Below, piece by piece: positions 35,301 to 45,356 of a DNA stretch of 64,000 bases. The translations under genes were made by a program, and so were the position numbers. The notes beneath the pieces are model-generated. The model was given only the letters and a program-made list of their open reading frames with translations, made no database searches and was not told where the DNA came from. Every line of letters starts with the position of its first letter. Position 1 is the stretch's first letter. This DNA comes from Podarcis filfolensis (taxonomy: Eukaryota), in assembly GCA_964270895.1 (NCBI GenBank), contig OZ185437.1; one strand, 5' to 3'.

Positions 35301-37299
35301 CATGTGGCATTTTGATAAAAACCTCAATATTGCTGTAAATGGCTTCTTGATTTTCCAGGAAGTTTGAAAATGCTTATATGCACAATTATAAAGTGTTTGC
35401 TTTTTAAGAACCTCGGTTTACCACTACATGTGAACACAGTCACTGTCTGGGCACTTTGCCCTCAAGATGAACATGACACAATTAATATATAATATGGATG
35501 ACAGTTGGCCATGTGGGCAGGAATGCACCATTGTTAACTTTTAAAAACATACGGGTACAAAAAACATCTAGGAATTCTATCCATAAAGTTCTTAAGATAA
35601 AAACAAAGCATACCATTGTGACTTGGTGTTGAAGGAGCAGCGAAGTTCTTCTGTGGTGTACTATTGAAAGATATATCTGCAGCAGCAAAAGTTTTCTGGC
35701 TTCTTTCTAGTTCGTATTTGTATCTATTTTTTAATAAAAATAAATAAAGGCATAGAAAGTTACCTTAATAATAAGAAATGTAAGTTTGGATTCAGACTAA
35801 ATTAGCTGAACCTAGGTCACATTAAAATCGTTGGGACAAGTTAGCCATGATTTCATTGTGATCCAAGCTCAAATAACTTACTTGGCAATCTATTGCACAC
35901 TCACTTAGAAGCAAGTTCAAGGTAAAGGGACCTCTGACCATTATGTCCAGTTGCGGGCGACTCTGATGTTGCAGCGCTCATCTCGCTTTACTGGCCGAGG
36001 GAGCCGGCGTACAGCTTTCGGGTCATGTGGCCAGCATGACTAAGCCGCTTCTGGTGAACCAGAGCAGCGAACGGAAACGTCGTTTACCTTCCACCGCAGT
36101 GGTACCTGTTTATCTACTTGCACTTTGACATGCTTTCGAACTGCTAGGTAGGCAGGAGCAGGGACCAAGCAACAGGAGCTCACCCCATCATGGAGATTCA
36201 AACCACTGACCTTCCAATCAGCAAGCCCTAGTCTTGCTGCCACCCATGCCACCTGCGTCCCCTTGCATCTAATAGAGCAAAGATGGCTAACCCCTGGTTG
36301 GGAGGAGCTCGGCTCGTAGAACCTCACCTTTTAAGTTCTTGTTCAAGCCTTTCAGTTTGTTTCTTGCTCGAGAGGAGTTGTCCTTCTTGAACGCTGACTT
36401 GTGTTTCTTTCACCTGAAGTTCATGAGAAAGTTTCTTCCTGGTTTTCTCTAGGCTGTCACAGAGTTCCATCAAGTTCTGGTTTTCTCTCTTCAGCGTCGC
36501 TCCTTCGTTTTTTTCATTTTCCACCTAATTGGAAGAGTGCACAGCCACACCCAGTATGACTTGATGTAGGTTGCCTCTTTTAAAGTTATGTTTTATTATC
36601 ACATTTTTGTATTGCAGTAGATTGTTATAAGGTGTACATTCTTTGTTTTTTTCAGCTTGTCTTGAGTATTGTAAGTTAGAAAGACTGTATACAAATTAAA
36701 AGTGATGAAGATGATGATTTTCACTGCTGTTCTGTGAAAAACCACGTCAATCAGTTCTGGAGAAGAGTTACTATTTTTATCCGGACTGGTTTTCAATGGG
36801 ATATCAACATAACATTGGAGTGGAATATGAAAAGTCTAATCTAAACGTTAAACCAAAACTAGCCAGTGTGGTGTCCTTGTACATAAATTATAGTGTCGTC
36901 CTTTTTAAGTTGCCCTCAAGGATAATGTATGACATTCATGGTGATTCTGGCCACTGTGGCTCTTCCCCTCTCAGCTTCTAGTCATTAAACAGTAAAAACT
37001 TGCTAGAAGCAGAAATACTACATATTTCCAGTATGTGCCTTTTTAATTGAAGCAATGAAAAAATTATGAGAATATATTAGCAATATCAGATTGTCCCCTA
37101 AATCGGTGCTATATTTATATCTATATAGTTATACTACCTTCTGCTTCTGCTTTTGCAAAGCAGCCTCCAGAGACTCCAACTGAAACTGCCTTTGCTGCCG
37201 CTCTTTTTTGAGCTTCTCAAGTTGACTTTCAAGTTCTTGAATCTTGTGAAGGGCTCTTGTGGAAAGGCCTTCCTTCCACTCTTCCACAGCCCAGCTCAT
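8009..37299 (-). CDS. CENPF: Centromere protein F, full spliced CDS: join(complement 37138-37299, 36328-36524, 35614-35723, 33268-33359, 32646-32937, 31024-31226, 30178-30303, 29116-29214, 28247-28369, 23351-23486, 19630-22757, 16046-18208, 14677-14839, 13176-13658, 10697-10890, 8009-8206); 7869 nt, 2622 aa
   Basis: N-terminus MSWAVEEWKEGLSTRALHKIQELESQLEKLKKERQQRQFQLESLEAALQKQKQK matches vertebrate CENP-F. Long coiled coil, LDKYC motif and terminal CAAX (CHVQ*). All 15 introns read GT..AG and exon phases join into one open frame. Confidence 0.95.
8794..9146 (-). mobile_element. Sauria SINE
   Basis: Full-length copy flanked by TTATATT(G/A)TATTA. Confidence 0.9.
10697..10890 (-). CDS. CENPF: CENPF coding exon 15 (194 nt)
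   Basis: SSDVPLGNGSSCISHRAYLIPRASPCL...KATPEGSKLQK; CTCAG acceptor, GTAACT donor; phase fits both neighbours. Confidence 0.85.
11047..11272. mobile_element. Tc1/mariner-type MITE (~230 bp)
   Basis: TIR CAGTGGTA(C/T)CTC...GAGGTACCACTG, TA TSD. Confidence 0.9.
11524..11670 (-). mobile_element. tRNA-head SINE with CR1-like (ATTCTATG) tail
   Basis: ATCATAGAATCATAGAA tail plus tRNA-like head; related plus-strand copy at ~61635-61762. Confidence 0.55.
12370..12975 (+). mobile_element. RTE-clade LINE 3' fragment (decayed)
   Basis: Translates with stops as LYKRHLQLLERF..KILHITLEDR..GHVVQMPDQHLPKQLLHSEL..AGGQRKRFRDK..CGRTCGSRIGFHSHL; GAA-repeat tail. Confidence 0.8.
13176..13658 (-). CDS. CENPF: CENPF coding exon 14 (483 nt), kinetochore-targeting leucine zipper
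   Basis: LEDLKELVEEKTAEADQNLDKYCTLIIDYDKLEEENEMLKTQV...ENAEFESGGSTEVGGK; ATAG acceptor, GTAATC donor. Confidence 0.92.
14677..14839 (-). CDS. CENPF: CENPF coding exon 13 (163 nt)
   Basis: ANSHQQTVQLKTEFDSFHHRFQHWLKTYTELKQEKKVMVKQIHELQIQLKKMDP; strong T-rich tract plus GCAG acceptor, GTATGT donor; phase 0 in, phase 1 out; heptad pattern. Confidence 0.85.
15608..15743. mobile_element. Palindromic hAT MITE
   Basis: 8-bp TSD CTCTACAT (15600-15607 and 15744-15751). Confidence 0.9.
16046..18208 (-). CDS. CENPF: CENPF coding exon 12, second giant exon (2163 nt)
   Basis: QVQIPAKQAIDPLGQLELY...ENLERELQMSEDN...SEKPAFLEK; TTCTAG acceptor, GTACAG donor; in frame with the 728-aa ORF. Confidence 0.92.
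18812..19037. mobile_element. Tc1/mariner-type MITE, inverted relative to the 11047 copy
   Basis: Reverse complement of 11047-11272, TA TSD. Confidence 0.9.
19630..22757 (-). CDS. CENPF: CENPF coding exon 11, first giant exon (3128 nt)
   Basis: Contains most of the 1076-aa ORF (LTLEKMKLAISELENQRD...LQGLDLGSQSLLCVDTEH); TGCAG acceptor, GTAAGT donor. Confidence 0.93.
23133..23199. repeat. (ATT)n microsatellite (LINE-like tail)
   Basis: Direct reading. Confidence 0.95.
23351..23486 (-). CDS. CENPF: CENPF coding exon 10 (136 nt)
   Basis: ETKKQNGLLHCQSAQQLQEICQLKEELCVTKRLLQQSQNVVEDMK; CAAG acceptor, GTGAGT donor. Confidence 0.88.
25575..25803 (+). mobile_element. Sauria SINE, internally deleted, opposite orientation
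   Basis: GGGTTAAACCAC head to TTTACCTTTAC tail with the middle missing. Confidence 0.8.
27389..27478. mobile_element. hAT MITE with CATAGCTGTCAAC TIRs
   Basis: Perfect 8-bp TSD CACATCAC. Confidence 0.85.
28247..28369 (-). CDS. CENPF: CENPF coding exon 9 (123 nt)
   Basis: TKSAKQQLEKKVDDFSQKLSRADQATQAMQLKESELKKACE; TTTAG acceptor, GTAAAC donor. Confidence 0.9.
28665..28860 (+). mobile_element. Older tRNA-derived SINE (Squam3/MIR-like)
   Basis: GGGTTCAAATCCC B box, GGGTGACCTCAGGCCACTCAC core, A-rich tail. Confidence 0.6.
29116..29214 (-). CDS. CENPF: CENPF coding exon 8 (99 nt)
   Basis: EASLQLNQVKTKLQGELHQAKNNYNLLQAELEK; TTTTAG acceptor, GTAGGT donor. Confidence 0.88.
30178..30303 (-). CDS. 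CENPF: CENPF coding exon 7 (126 nt)
   Basis: HTASEEKVKRLSEELNCQRQNFERAQHSLQQKMKEKEKEYQE; TAG acceptor, GTAAAG donor. Confidence 0.92.
30685..30720. repeat. (GA)n microsatellite
   Basis: Direct reading. Confidence 0.95.
31024..31226 (-). CDS. CENPF: CENPF coding exon 6 (203 nt)
   Basis: LRSKIQELERNLQIQTQDLK...AQLDQTMNQ; CAG acceptor, GTAAGG donor. Confidence 0.9.
31432..32270 (+). mobile_element. L1 LINE ORF2 C-terminal/3' fragment
   Basis: RWNLTPVKLAKIY..CWRCKEGLGTFIHMWWEC cysteine-rich motif typical of L1 ORF2. Confidence 0.8.
32646..32937 (-). CDS. CENPF: CENPF coding exon 5 (292 nt)
   Basis: ...RREIARQQASSSVFSWQQEKTPSR...KMKIQNQ; AAG acceptor after pyrimidine tract, GTATCT donor. Confidence 0.92.
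33268..33359 (-). CDS. CENPF: CENPF coding exon 4 (92 nt)
   Basis: SKFEELQVKYNKETEERRRLEAELKSVKCQ; CAG acceptor, GTAATG donor. Confidence 0.9.
33709..34070 (-). mobile_element. Sauria SINE with an internal ~35-bp tandem duplication
   Basis: CGCCGTTTACCTTCCCGCCGCAGCGGTACCTATTT repeated at ~33863-33932; flanking TTGATGGAA duplication. Confidence 0.88.
34103..34350 (-). mobile_element. tRNA-derived SINE, Squam3-like
   Basis: Second copy of the element at 2329-2575. Confidence 0.75.
34395..34807. mobile_element. Rearranged Tc1/mariner-type MITE pieces
   Basis: Two GAGGTACCACTGTA ends (~34627 and ~34806) and a scrambled left part. Confidence 0.7.
35614..35723 (-). CDS. CENPF: CENPF coding exon 3 (110 nt)
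   Basis: YKYELERSQKTFAAADISFNSTPQKNFAAPSTPSHN; TAG acceptor, GTATGC donor; phase 2 in, phase 1 out. Confidence 0.9.
35921..36261 (-). mobile_element. Sauria SINE
   Basis: Homologous to the other copies over ~340 bp. Confidence 0.85.
36328..36524 (-). CDS. CENPF: CENPF coding exon 2 (197 nt)
   Basis: VENEKNEGATLKRENQNLMELCDSLEKTRKKLSHELQVKETQVSVQEGQL...ELKR; TAG acceptor, GTGAGG donor. Confidence 0.95.
37138..37299 (-). CDS. CENPF: CENPF coding exon 1 (gene exon 2), start codon; exon probably begins at 37317
   Basis: ATG at 37299-37297, 54 aa MSWAVEEWKE...QKQKQK, donor GTAGTA after 37138, acceptor TTAAG before 37317. Confidence 0.95.
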
Positions 37300-39209
37300 C
37301 TCGTCAGATTCCGACCCCTTAAGGAACAGGAGGCTTCACAAAGCAGGGGGGGGGGGGGGGGGAGAAAAGAAAAGAAAAATAATGACCTTAAAGGCATTGC
37401 CCTTTTGAGTGTCCACAAATATTTCTCTGCTAGCCTTTGCCAAGCTGGTGCAATCTAAATGTTTCGGACTACAATTCCTATCAGCCCAAATTGTTGGAAG
37501 GGCACCAGATTGGAAAAGACTGGTCCATATGATTGAAATAAAGGATAGAGTCTGTGTCTGTAAGTCTTATTCCTCAGTTATGTACTAACTTAGAAAGTGG
37601 GTGGAAGTCATTATAGGTGGAAGGAATTTTTTATGTATAGAAATGTTTTCTTTTATGTATGTTATCTGTTTTGCTATACTGTTGACTGGTGATATATATG
37701 TGTGTGTGTAAAAGAAAGTGGGCTGGTGGCATGAGGCAGGGGTCTTACTTGTTCACTACAGAGACTACAGAGCCGAAGGCTGAGGTGAAAGGTGGTGCGT
37801 GGGTTGAGCCCTCAGTTATTATTACTAATTTATATGCCACTTAACGTCAATGTCGATTTTTAAGTGGTTTATACAAATAAAAACCAAGTATGCAAAGATT
37901 TTTAAGTCATTCTGCAATCCTAACCTTCAGATGGGCCATATGGGGGAGATCAGGATGTGGTTGTGTGTTTTATTTGCTAATTGCTGTTGTTCTTTTCTTC
38001 TTTTTATTTTATTCTTCTCTATTTCACTTTTTCCTTTGTTTTTTCTTTCTTTTGTTTTTCTTCTCCTTTTGGAGTCCTATGTCTGGAGCCTTTATTAAGG
38101 TCCATAGACTGCATAGTCTCCCTGGGTGAGAGGCTGCGAGAAGAAAGGAAAGATCTCAGGTGAGAACTGGGAAGAACTACTGTCCTCTGTGGGTGGTAAG
38201 GGCCATGAATTACTTTTAAGAGAGCACTCCATACTTTACTTGTTCCGTTTGCATTTCCTGTAGTTGCAGTTTTACTATAGGAAAATCTTAATAAAATATT
38301 TTCTTTTTTAATGATGTGGTGTATCTCCCCAGCTGAAGAGGCCTCAAGCTGGCATGGATGACCTACCCTGGCAAATCTACTGATGGCGGCTGAAGGAAAG
38401 CTCTGCTGCCCCTCTGATTAGGAGGGCAAAAAAGGGGGGGTTGTCAAGGCAGTAAGTGGGTGTGTTGGGTGCAAGCAGAGGGATAAACAAAGTTGTGCTG
38501 CACCCAACTCCCTTAATTTCACTGGCCCCGTTCACAGAGCTCAGTGTAATTTACACCACCAAAAATGCAGGCATAATTAACACTCATCCTGAAGGAATTG
38601 ACAGAAGGGCAGAAAATTAAGGTTTACACTGCTCCTCACAACCCCAATCCCCTGCCTAGGAACAGCTAAGATGCAGCTTAACTTGCAAAGGAGGCAGTGA
38701 CTGTGATGACTGACAGTCCTAGGTGAGTCGATCGCCATCATATTTTGGCTGATCCACTATGCAGGTACGCCATTGCCAGGCACTATGTTTTTATGATCTT
38801 ATATTGTTTTGATTATATATGTCACTGTATCTTTTTTGGGTATAATGATTAATATTAATTACAATTATATCTTGCCCTTCATTCCCAAGGTGCCCAGCGC
38901 CATTCTCCGCATGAGGGACTCAACACACTGTAAAAAGAAGCTGATGCTGCTTTTGCTCTGAGTAAGGCAGCATGACCAACTAACCAATGGTCCCTTAGAC
39001 AACTTCTAAAAGGGGGATTCATGGGAGATCAGTCTACCAATGGCTTCTAGTAAGCATGATGTCTACATGGTTCACCCAGGATCAGAGGCAGTATGACTCT
39101 CAATACCAGTCTCTAAGGAGACTGGACAAACAGATAGGTTCCCTTTCTACCAGCACTCACTTACCTACATAAATTTCCTGGTAACCTATGGTAACCAACC
39201 AAATAGTTA

Positions 39210-39449
39210 CAGTCATACCTCATGTTACGTCCGCTTCATGTTACGTTCTTTCAGGTTACGTGCCGCAGCAACCCGGAAGTACTGGAAAGGGTTACTTCCG
39301 GGTTTCGTCGCTCACGCAAAATGACGTCACTCGCAGAAGCGGCGAATCGCAACCCGCACGTGCGCAGACGCGCTGATGCGGGCTGCGCTCTTTTCATGTT
39401 GTGAACAGGCCTCCAGAACGGATCCCGTTCACAACCAGAAGTACCACTG
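39210..39449. mobile_element. Distinct CpG-rich Tc1/mariner-type MITE in CENPF intron 1
   Basis: TA/CAGTCATACCTC...GAAGTACCACTG/TA; internal sequence unrelated to the common MITE. Confidence 0.7.
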
Positions 39450-39789
39450 TATTAGAAGGCAGAACAGATACATTTTTACCCTTAATGTAAAAATCTATAA
39501 TGAAGGTGCCAGGCTTCTCCCTGGGGAGAGCACTCCAGAGATGAAGAGCCACTACAGAGAAGGCCTGTTCTTGTGTTGCCACCATCCAAACGTCTTATGG
39601 AGGAGGCACATGAAGAAGGGCCTCAGATGATGAATGCAGAGTCTGGGACGGTTTATATGGAGAGAAGGTGGACCTTGAGGCATTGCGGTCCTGAGCCATT
39701 TAAGGCTTATAGTCAAAATCAGCACTTTGAATTGGGCCCGGAAGCTAGTTTTATGTTCCTGGAATGACAAAGTGGCTTTTGAAGTAAGG

Positions 39790-40050
39790 TTACAGGGAAT
39801 CAGACAGAGGGCCTTCTCGGTAGTGGCGCCCACCCTGTAGAACAACCTCCCTTCAGATGTGAAGGAAATAAGTAGCTATCCTAGCTTTAAAAGACATCTG
39901 AAGGCAGCCCTGTTCAGGGAAGTTTTTAATATTTAACGCTGTATTGTTTTTAATACTTGATTGGGAGCCGCCCAGAGTGGCTGGGGAGACTCAGCCAGAT
40001 GGGTGGGGTATAAATAATAAATTATTATTATTATTATTATTATTATTATT
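39790..40050 (+). mobile_element. L2 LINE 3' end with (ATT)n tail
   Basis: GCCGCCCAGAGTGGCTGGGG..CCAGATGGG..GGTATAAATAA; the same terminus occurs at ~25330-25450. Confidence 0.7.
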
Positions 40051-40599
40051 TTGATATGTAAAGAGCACTTACAAAAAACAAAACAAAACCCACAAGTACT
40101 GCAAAATGCAACATTTTGAACCCTCCAAAAACTGTGTTTCCCAGACAGGTGGAGAGGGGCGGGGAGCAGTTTCCCACCTCTTCAAAATTTCCATTCATTT
40201 TAGATTTTACACCTACCTGGAAGTAAGGCTGCAATTCTATTCCCCCCGCTTACTTGAGAGGAAGCCCCACTGGATGAAACCAGAGTTTCTTATGAGCAGA
40301 CATGTATTGAAGTGCATGGTTAAGTCTTCCCTGCAACCTTCTTTCTTTCTTTTTAGAAATCTATTGAAGAACGTCAGTGCAAACGTATGCACTTCTACTG
40401 GGGAGTAAGCCCTATGGAACTTCATGAGGCTTAAACTTCTGAACATCACATCAAATAGATAAATATCTATCTATACATACATGCATACACACGATAAACA
40501 GATACATAAACTATACAATGAAAGCTGTGCATAATATAAAAATAATAATGCAAGACATATATTCTGCTCTGAGTCCATCCTTCACCTCCCACGGGAAGA

Positions 40600-41020
40600 T
40601 CCGCTCTCCTACCTTCGTTTCCCGCTGCAACACCCAGGATCTCGCCTTCGCTCCTCATTCAGCGCTTACAGAGGATTCAAACCTGCCACCATCTCCCCGA
40701 CGCAGGCGGTTAGCGGAGGACAAGCCGGGACACCGATTGGCCAGCCCCGAATGTCAATCTCTTTCCTGCGTTCTTCAGTTGAGCCAATAGGGAATCACCG
40801 GCGGGTGTGACGACACCTCGCTTCTGAGTGGCGAGTTTGGGTTTCCTCTTCAAACCTCATTGGCTGGGAGGGCGGAAAATAAAGGCGGGAGGCGACGTTG
40901 CGCTTTCTTTTTATCCAACAGCGAACGCGCCAAGAGTTCCTTTCGGAGTCGTGTCACAAAAGGCAACAAAGGAGTTATTGTAAAGCGAGGGTAGCCCGCG
41001 TCGTGGGTTCCCGCCAAACC
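40600..41020 (-). promoter_or_regulatory. CENPF: CENPF G2/M-type promoter (CpG-rich; CHR, CCAAT, E2F motifs)
   Basis: Minus-strand TTTGAA at 40676-40681 and 40849-40854; CCAAT boxes at 40736-40740, 40784-40788 and 40859-40863; E2F-like TTTTCCGCCC (40870-40879), CGCGCCAA (40926-40933) and TTCCCGCCAAA (41008-41018). Confidence 0.75.
40613..40675 (-). other. CENPF: Putative non-coding exon 1 of CENPF (boundaries uncertain)
   Basis: Lies just downstream of the CDE/CHR-like element; candidate donor AG/GTAGGA after 40613, alternative AG/GTGAAG near 40586. Confidence 0.4.
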
Positions 41021-41458
41021 TTCTGGACTACAACTCCCATCAGCCCCCGCGAGCATGGGGACTGGTCAGGGGTAATGGGAGTTGTAGTCCACAACATGAG
41101 GCGTGGTGAGAGATGAGCCACCACAGCAATAGAGACTAACCAGTTTAGCATGGCATGAACTCTCGTGGATTAGAGACAGTAATCACGAAAAGGCTGTGCG
41201 GAATCTGGAACCCCCTTTGTTTGCTCTTTATGCCTGGACGGATCTGCTATGCCCAGTCCTCACTGCTGAAGAGACCAGCAGTGGAGACTGGGGAGCACAG
41301 GGTTGTTTTTTGTGATGTGTCACCCAGAGAGATTTGTTTTCTTTATTTAGTTCAGGGGTAGGCAACCTAAGGCCCGGGGGCTGGATCACCTTCTCAATCC
41401 GGCCCGCAGACGGTCCGGGAATCAGCATGTTTTTACATGAGTAGAATGTGTCCTTTTA

Positions 41459-41684
41459 CACTGGTACCTCGGGTTACATACGCTTCAGGTTACAGACTCC
41501 GCTAAACCAGAAATAGTACCTCGGGTTAAGAACTTTGCTTCAGGATGAGAACAGAAATCGTGCTCCGGCGGCGTGGCAGCAGCAGGAGGCCCCATTAGCT
41601 AAAGTGGTGCTTCAGGTTAAGAACAGTTTCAGGTTAAGAACAGACCTCCGGAACGAATTAAGTACTTAACCTGAGGTACCACTG
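41459..41684. mobile_element. Tc1/mariner-type MITE nested inside a hAT element
   Basis: TA TSDs at 41457-41458 and 41685-41686; the host sequence is uninterrupted in the copy at 6297-6554. Confidence 0.9.
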
Positions 41685-43640
41685 TATTTAAAATGCATCT
41701 CTGGGTTATTTGTGGGGCATAGGAATTCGTAAAATAAGTGGAAACATGTAGATAAGAAATGAATAAATATAGAGGCAAATGATGGGCTCAGTTCAGTTAC
41801 ATGTAATTAAGTTTGGTTTCGGCATAGGACGAAGATATTGTGGATTTGCTTCTTCTAAGTAAACATGCGTAAGATTGAAATATGAAGTCTCTATTTAAAA
41901 CTGTGCTTGTCATGGGATTGTTAAAGTTGAAGAAATAAGTGCTTTGAAATGGGGAGAATGCTGTTGTTATTGGTCCTTCTTATGGGCTTTTCATAGGCAT
42001 CTGGCTGGCCACTGCAAGAGCAGGGAGGTGGAATAGATGGGGCACATATATATTTGAAAGCAACTGTTCTCAGGTCATTCCACTAAAAATTAAGTCCAGG
42101 ATGTATGCAATAATAAAGATGTTAACTATTCTGTAACTGATAATGTGCTCCTTTCATTTATGAGCTTTGCCTGATTTTTTGAAATACAAAGATCAGAATA
42201 CCTTATCTGTTCTTGCCACTAGGTGATTCCCTTTTCCACAGGAAAAGGCAAAACAATTCTGCTCGCTTTTATACAGGAAAAGCAGAAATCTGTCTACAGT
42301 GGGGGTTTTTTAAATAAAAAATGTTAGGAGTGCTGTATAACCAGGACTCTAGCTGTACCAGGTTTGTCAGATGACTGATATTAGATCTTGTTTTGAAAGA
42401 TTACCACATTCTGGAACATCTCTAGCATGGTGTTTGGAATAGTTTGCTTTTTGGCATCAGTGTAGCAATAAGGCTACAATTCTTATTCCTGCACTTAATC
42501 AATCCTATCCACCTCTGCGGAAGGGAAAGGATTCATGCAAGCAGAATGCTAATGATGAAGTATGGGCCATTCCTCAGCCCTAACAAACATACATTTTTTA
42601 ACACATATTTTCATTTCATGTGAACGTATCCTCATTTTTGAATAGACATTTAGGCAGATGCAAATGGTTATTATGTTTCCCTTCACCCTTCAGTTTGTGA
42701 CTGGCCTTCAGACCTCTTACACTGACCCTTTCCCCATTATCCATGCTAGCATCCCATTAAAATATATTAAACGGAACTTAACAGGCTTCAGCTCAGGCAG
42801 AAGATCAGTATTCCCATCACTGTTGAAAAAGCAACTGCTTATGTTCGCACTCTTAAGTGCCAACTTGCACAGATAAAGGAAAGACCTGAGTCTGTAAGCT
42901 AGTCAAGGCAATAATTTCAAAAGCAATGACCTCATGCCTTTTTCTTTTTTGGATGTGTAGGTTGCGGCGGGGTTATATCACCTAAGAATCAGAAACCATT
43001 ACGTGAGATATTTTATTTCATTTGCCTGGGGCTGGGAACCTTTTTCAGGTCAAGGGCCACATTCCTTTGTGGATAGCCTTCCAGGGGCCACATTCCAGTG
43101 GTGGGTGTGCCCAGACATTCATCACTCTCCAACCTCCATCCAGGCAAGGAATATATGTTATCACAGTTCAAGGGCAAAATCTGGGTAAAATCACTAGCTG
43201 GGTAAAAAAAGCTGGGTAAAATCACTAGAGGAGGCCAAGGAGCAGAGGCGGTTTTAGGGAAGTGCAATCGGTGCAGCCACACTGGGTGCTGTGCTGCAGG
43301 GGGCGTCACAACAATGCTGTGGAATGGAGTGAGAGAGGTGGGGCGCACCAGATTCTAGCGTCACACAGGGCGCTGCTGAAATCTGAGAGCCCAAAGTCCA
43401 CCACTGCACAGAGCAGTGCCAGTGAGAGTTGTGGTCTAAGGGACGTGGCTCGGATAGAGTTTTGAGAACCAAATAAAGAGGCTGGCAGGCTGCATTTAGC
43501 CCTTTGAACCTGAGATTTTCCATCTGTGCTCTATACCCACTTACCTGAGAATAAAGCCCATGGAACTCAATGGTGCTTCCTTCTGATTAGGCATGTGTAG
43601 AATTGCACTCCAAGTAACTTTGATTTAAATAACACAAACA

Positions 43641-43642
<2 letters not shown>

Positions 43643-43683
<41 letters not shown>
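43643..43683. repeat. (CA)n microsatellite
   Basis: Direct reading. Confidence 0.95.
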
Positions 43684-43685
<2 letters not shown>

Positions 43686-44354
43686 GCCCTGCCCTGCTGC
43701 TATGGAGTCTGAGAATTCTCGCCTGGAGCACTTTTCTTGAATTATTGGGAAAATTATAATCAAAAATAGGAAACATGGCTCTATAAATAAGAACACATCA
43801 GCATCTCAGTCTCCAGGGATAAATGAGAGAAAATTCCAAAATGTTGAGAAAAAACAATGGTGCTTTTAGTCTACAACTTGAGTCTGTTATCTTGCTTGAT
43901 GTCTTTTTTATTTTTATGGTTGATAACCTAGTGAAAACTATTTGGCTCAGTGTTCTGCTTTAGCAACTGTAAGCCATAAAGTATTAAAACATGTTAGCTC
44001 ATGCTTCATGACAACAGGTTTGTTTTCCAGCATTGTGTAATCCAAATTCCTTTTCCAAAAGAAAAAAAAGAAAAGAACAATTACTAAATGTAACTATTAG
44101 TTGGCACATCAGACATTGGAAAAATAAACTTACTTATTAATTATGGCGCACATCACAAAATTTAAAAAGTACCGTCTTGCGCAGCATGAATGCCATTGGC
44201 TGTAGCTTCTTCTAATGTACATGTTGTGTATTAAGAGTTCTGAAAGGATATTTGGTGCCTGTGCATCACCCAGAATTTGTACACATGACATTGGTCCCAA
44301 GATGGTTGTACATGAGAAGTGAGCCTTGAGATTCTATGTCTTCCCACACATATA

Positions 44355-44596
44355 CAGTGGTACCTCGGGTTTAGAACTTAATTCATTCTGGAGGTCCGTT
44401 CTTAACCTGGAACTGTTCTTAACCTGAAGCACCACTTTAGCTAATGGGGCCTCCTGCTGCTGCCATGCTGCCAGAGCACGATTTCTGTTCTCATCCTGAA
44501 GCAAAGTTCTTAACCCGAGGTACTATTTCTGGGTTAGCGGAGTCTGTAACCTGAAGTGTATGTATCCTGAAGCATATGTAACCCGAGGTACCACTG
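44355..44596. mobile_element. Tc1/mariner-type MITE
   Basis: Same TIRs, TA TSD. Confidence 0.9.
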
Positions 44597-45356
44597 TAGT
44601 TTGAACCATATGATCCAGTCTGTACACTTCATCAGAGGCTATTTCCATATGCTCCACCTGAGAGTGATGTGGAGGGTGGCCACATGAGAACAGGCCTTTT
44701 CCGTGGCTCCCCCGTGTCTGTAAAACACTCTCCCTAGGGAGATATGCCTGGCACCATCTTTGTGTTTCAGCAGCAGGCAAATACCTTTCTAGGCCTTTGG
44801 TTAATTAGCAGTGGTACTCATCTTTTAGTGGGTAGGCCTTGTCTTTACTAGTATGTTGCTGGATGAGCATTTTATGTATTTTGTACTGTTCACCATTTTA
44901 CCTTTTTCTGGTTTTAAATTGCCTTTATGTCCTGTATTTCACCTTGTCAGGTCGCTTTCCACAGCCAGGTGATTGCCTCTGTCTATCTGCCATTTCCTCT
45001 CCTTCAAGTGGAAGAAGACTGGGCAATGCGAAAGGTCACAACTGTAGCCTCGTACGTTCTGTTGGGAAAGAGGAAAAGGCCCACCTTTAGAGCTGCTCAC
45101 CTGCCATGTACTTTTGTGATCACAGATGGTCCATAGCCAATGGCAACATCATTATCTCATTGGGTCTCACAAGTGCTAGTTGGTGGGTCCTGCTGATGTC
45201 ATTAAGCATGACATGTTAAAGCATTAACTGCAGTACAACACATGAGAAGGCAGAGCGGAGGACCTTGCAACCTATGCTTGTTGTGAACTGCTGTTGTGGA
45301 TTAATGATGCAATTGCCAAAGTGTGCATTTAATTTCCTCTGACCTTACTCTCTATA

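Noticed and set aside
8009-37299. Possibility that this divergent CENPF is a pseudogene
   Set aside because: The 2622-codon frame is intact over 16 exons, with canonical splice sites, a promoter and retained key motifs
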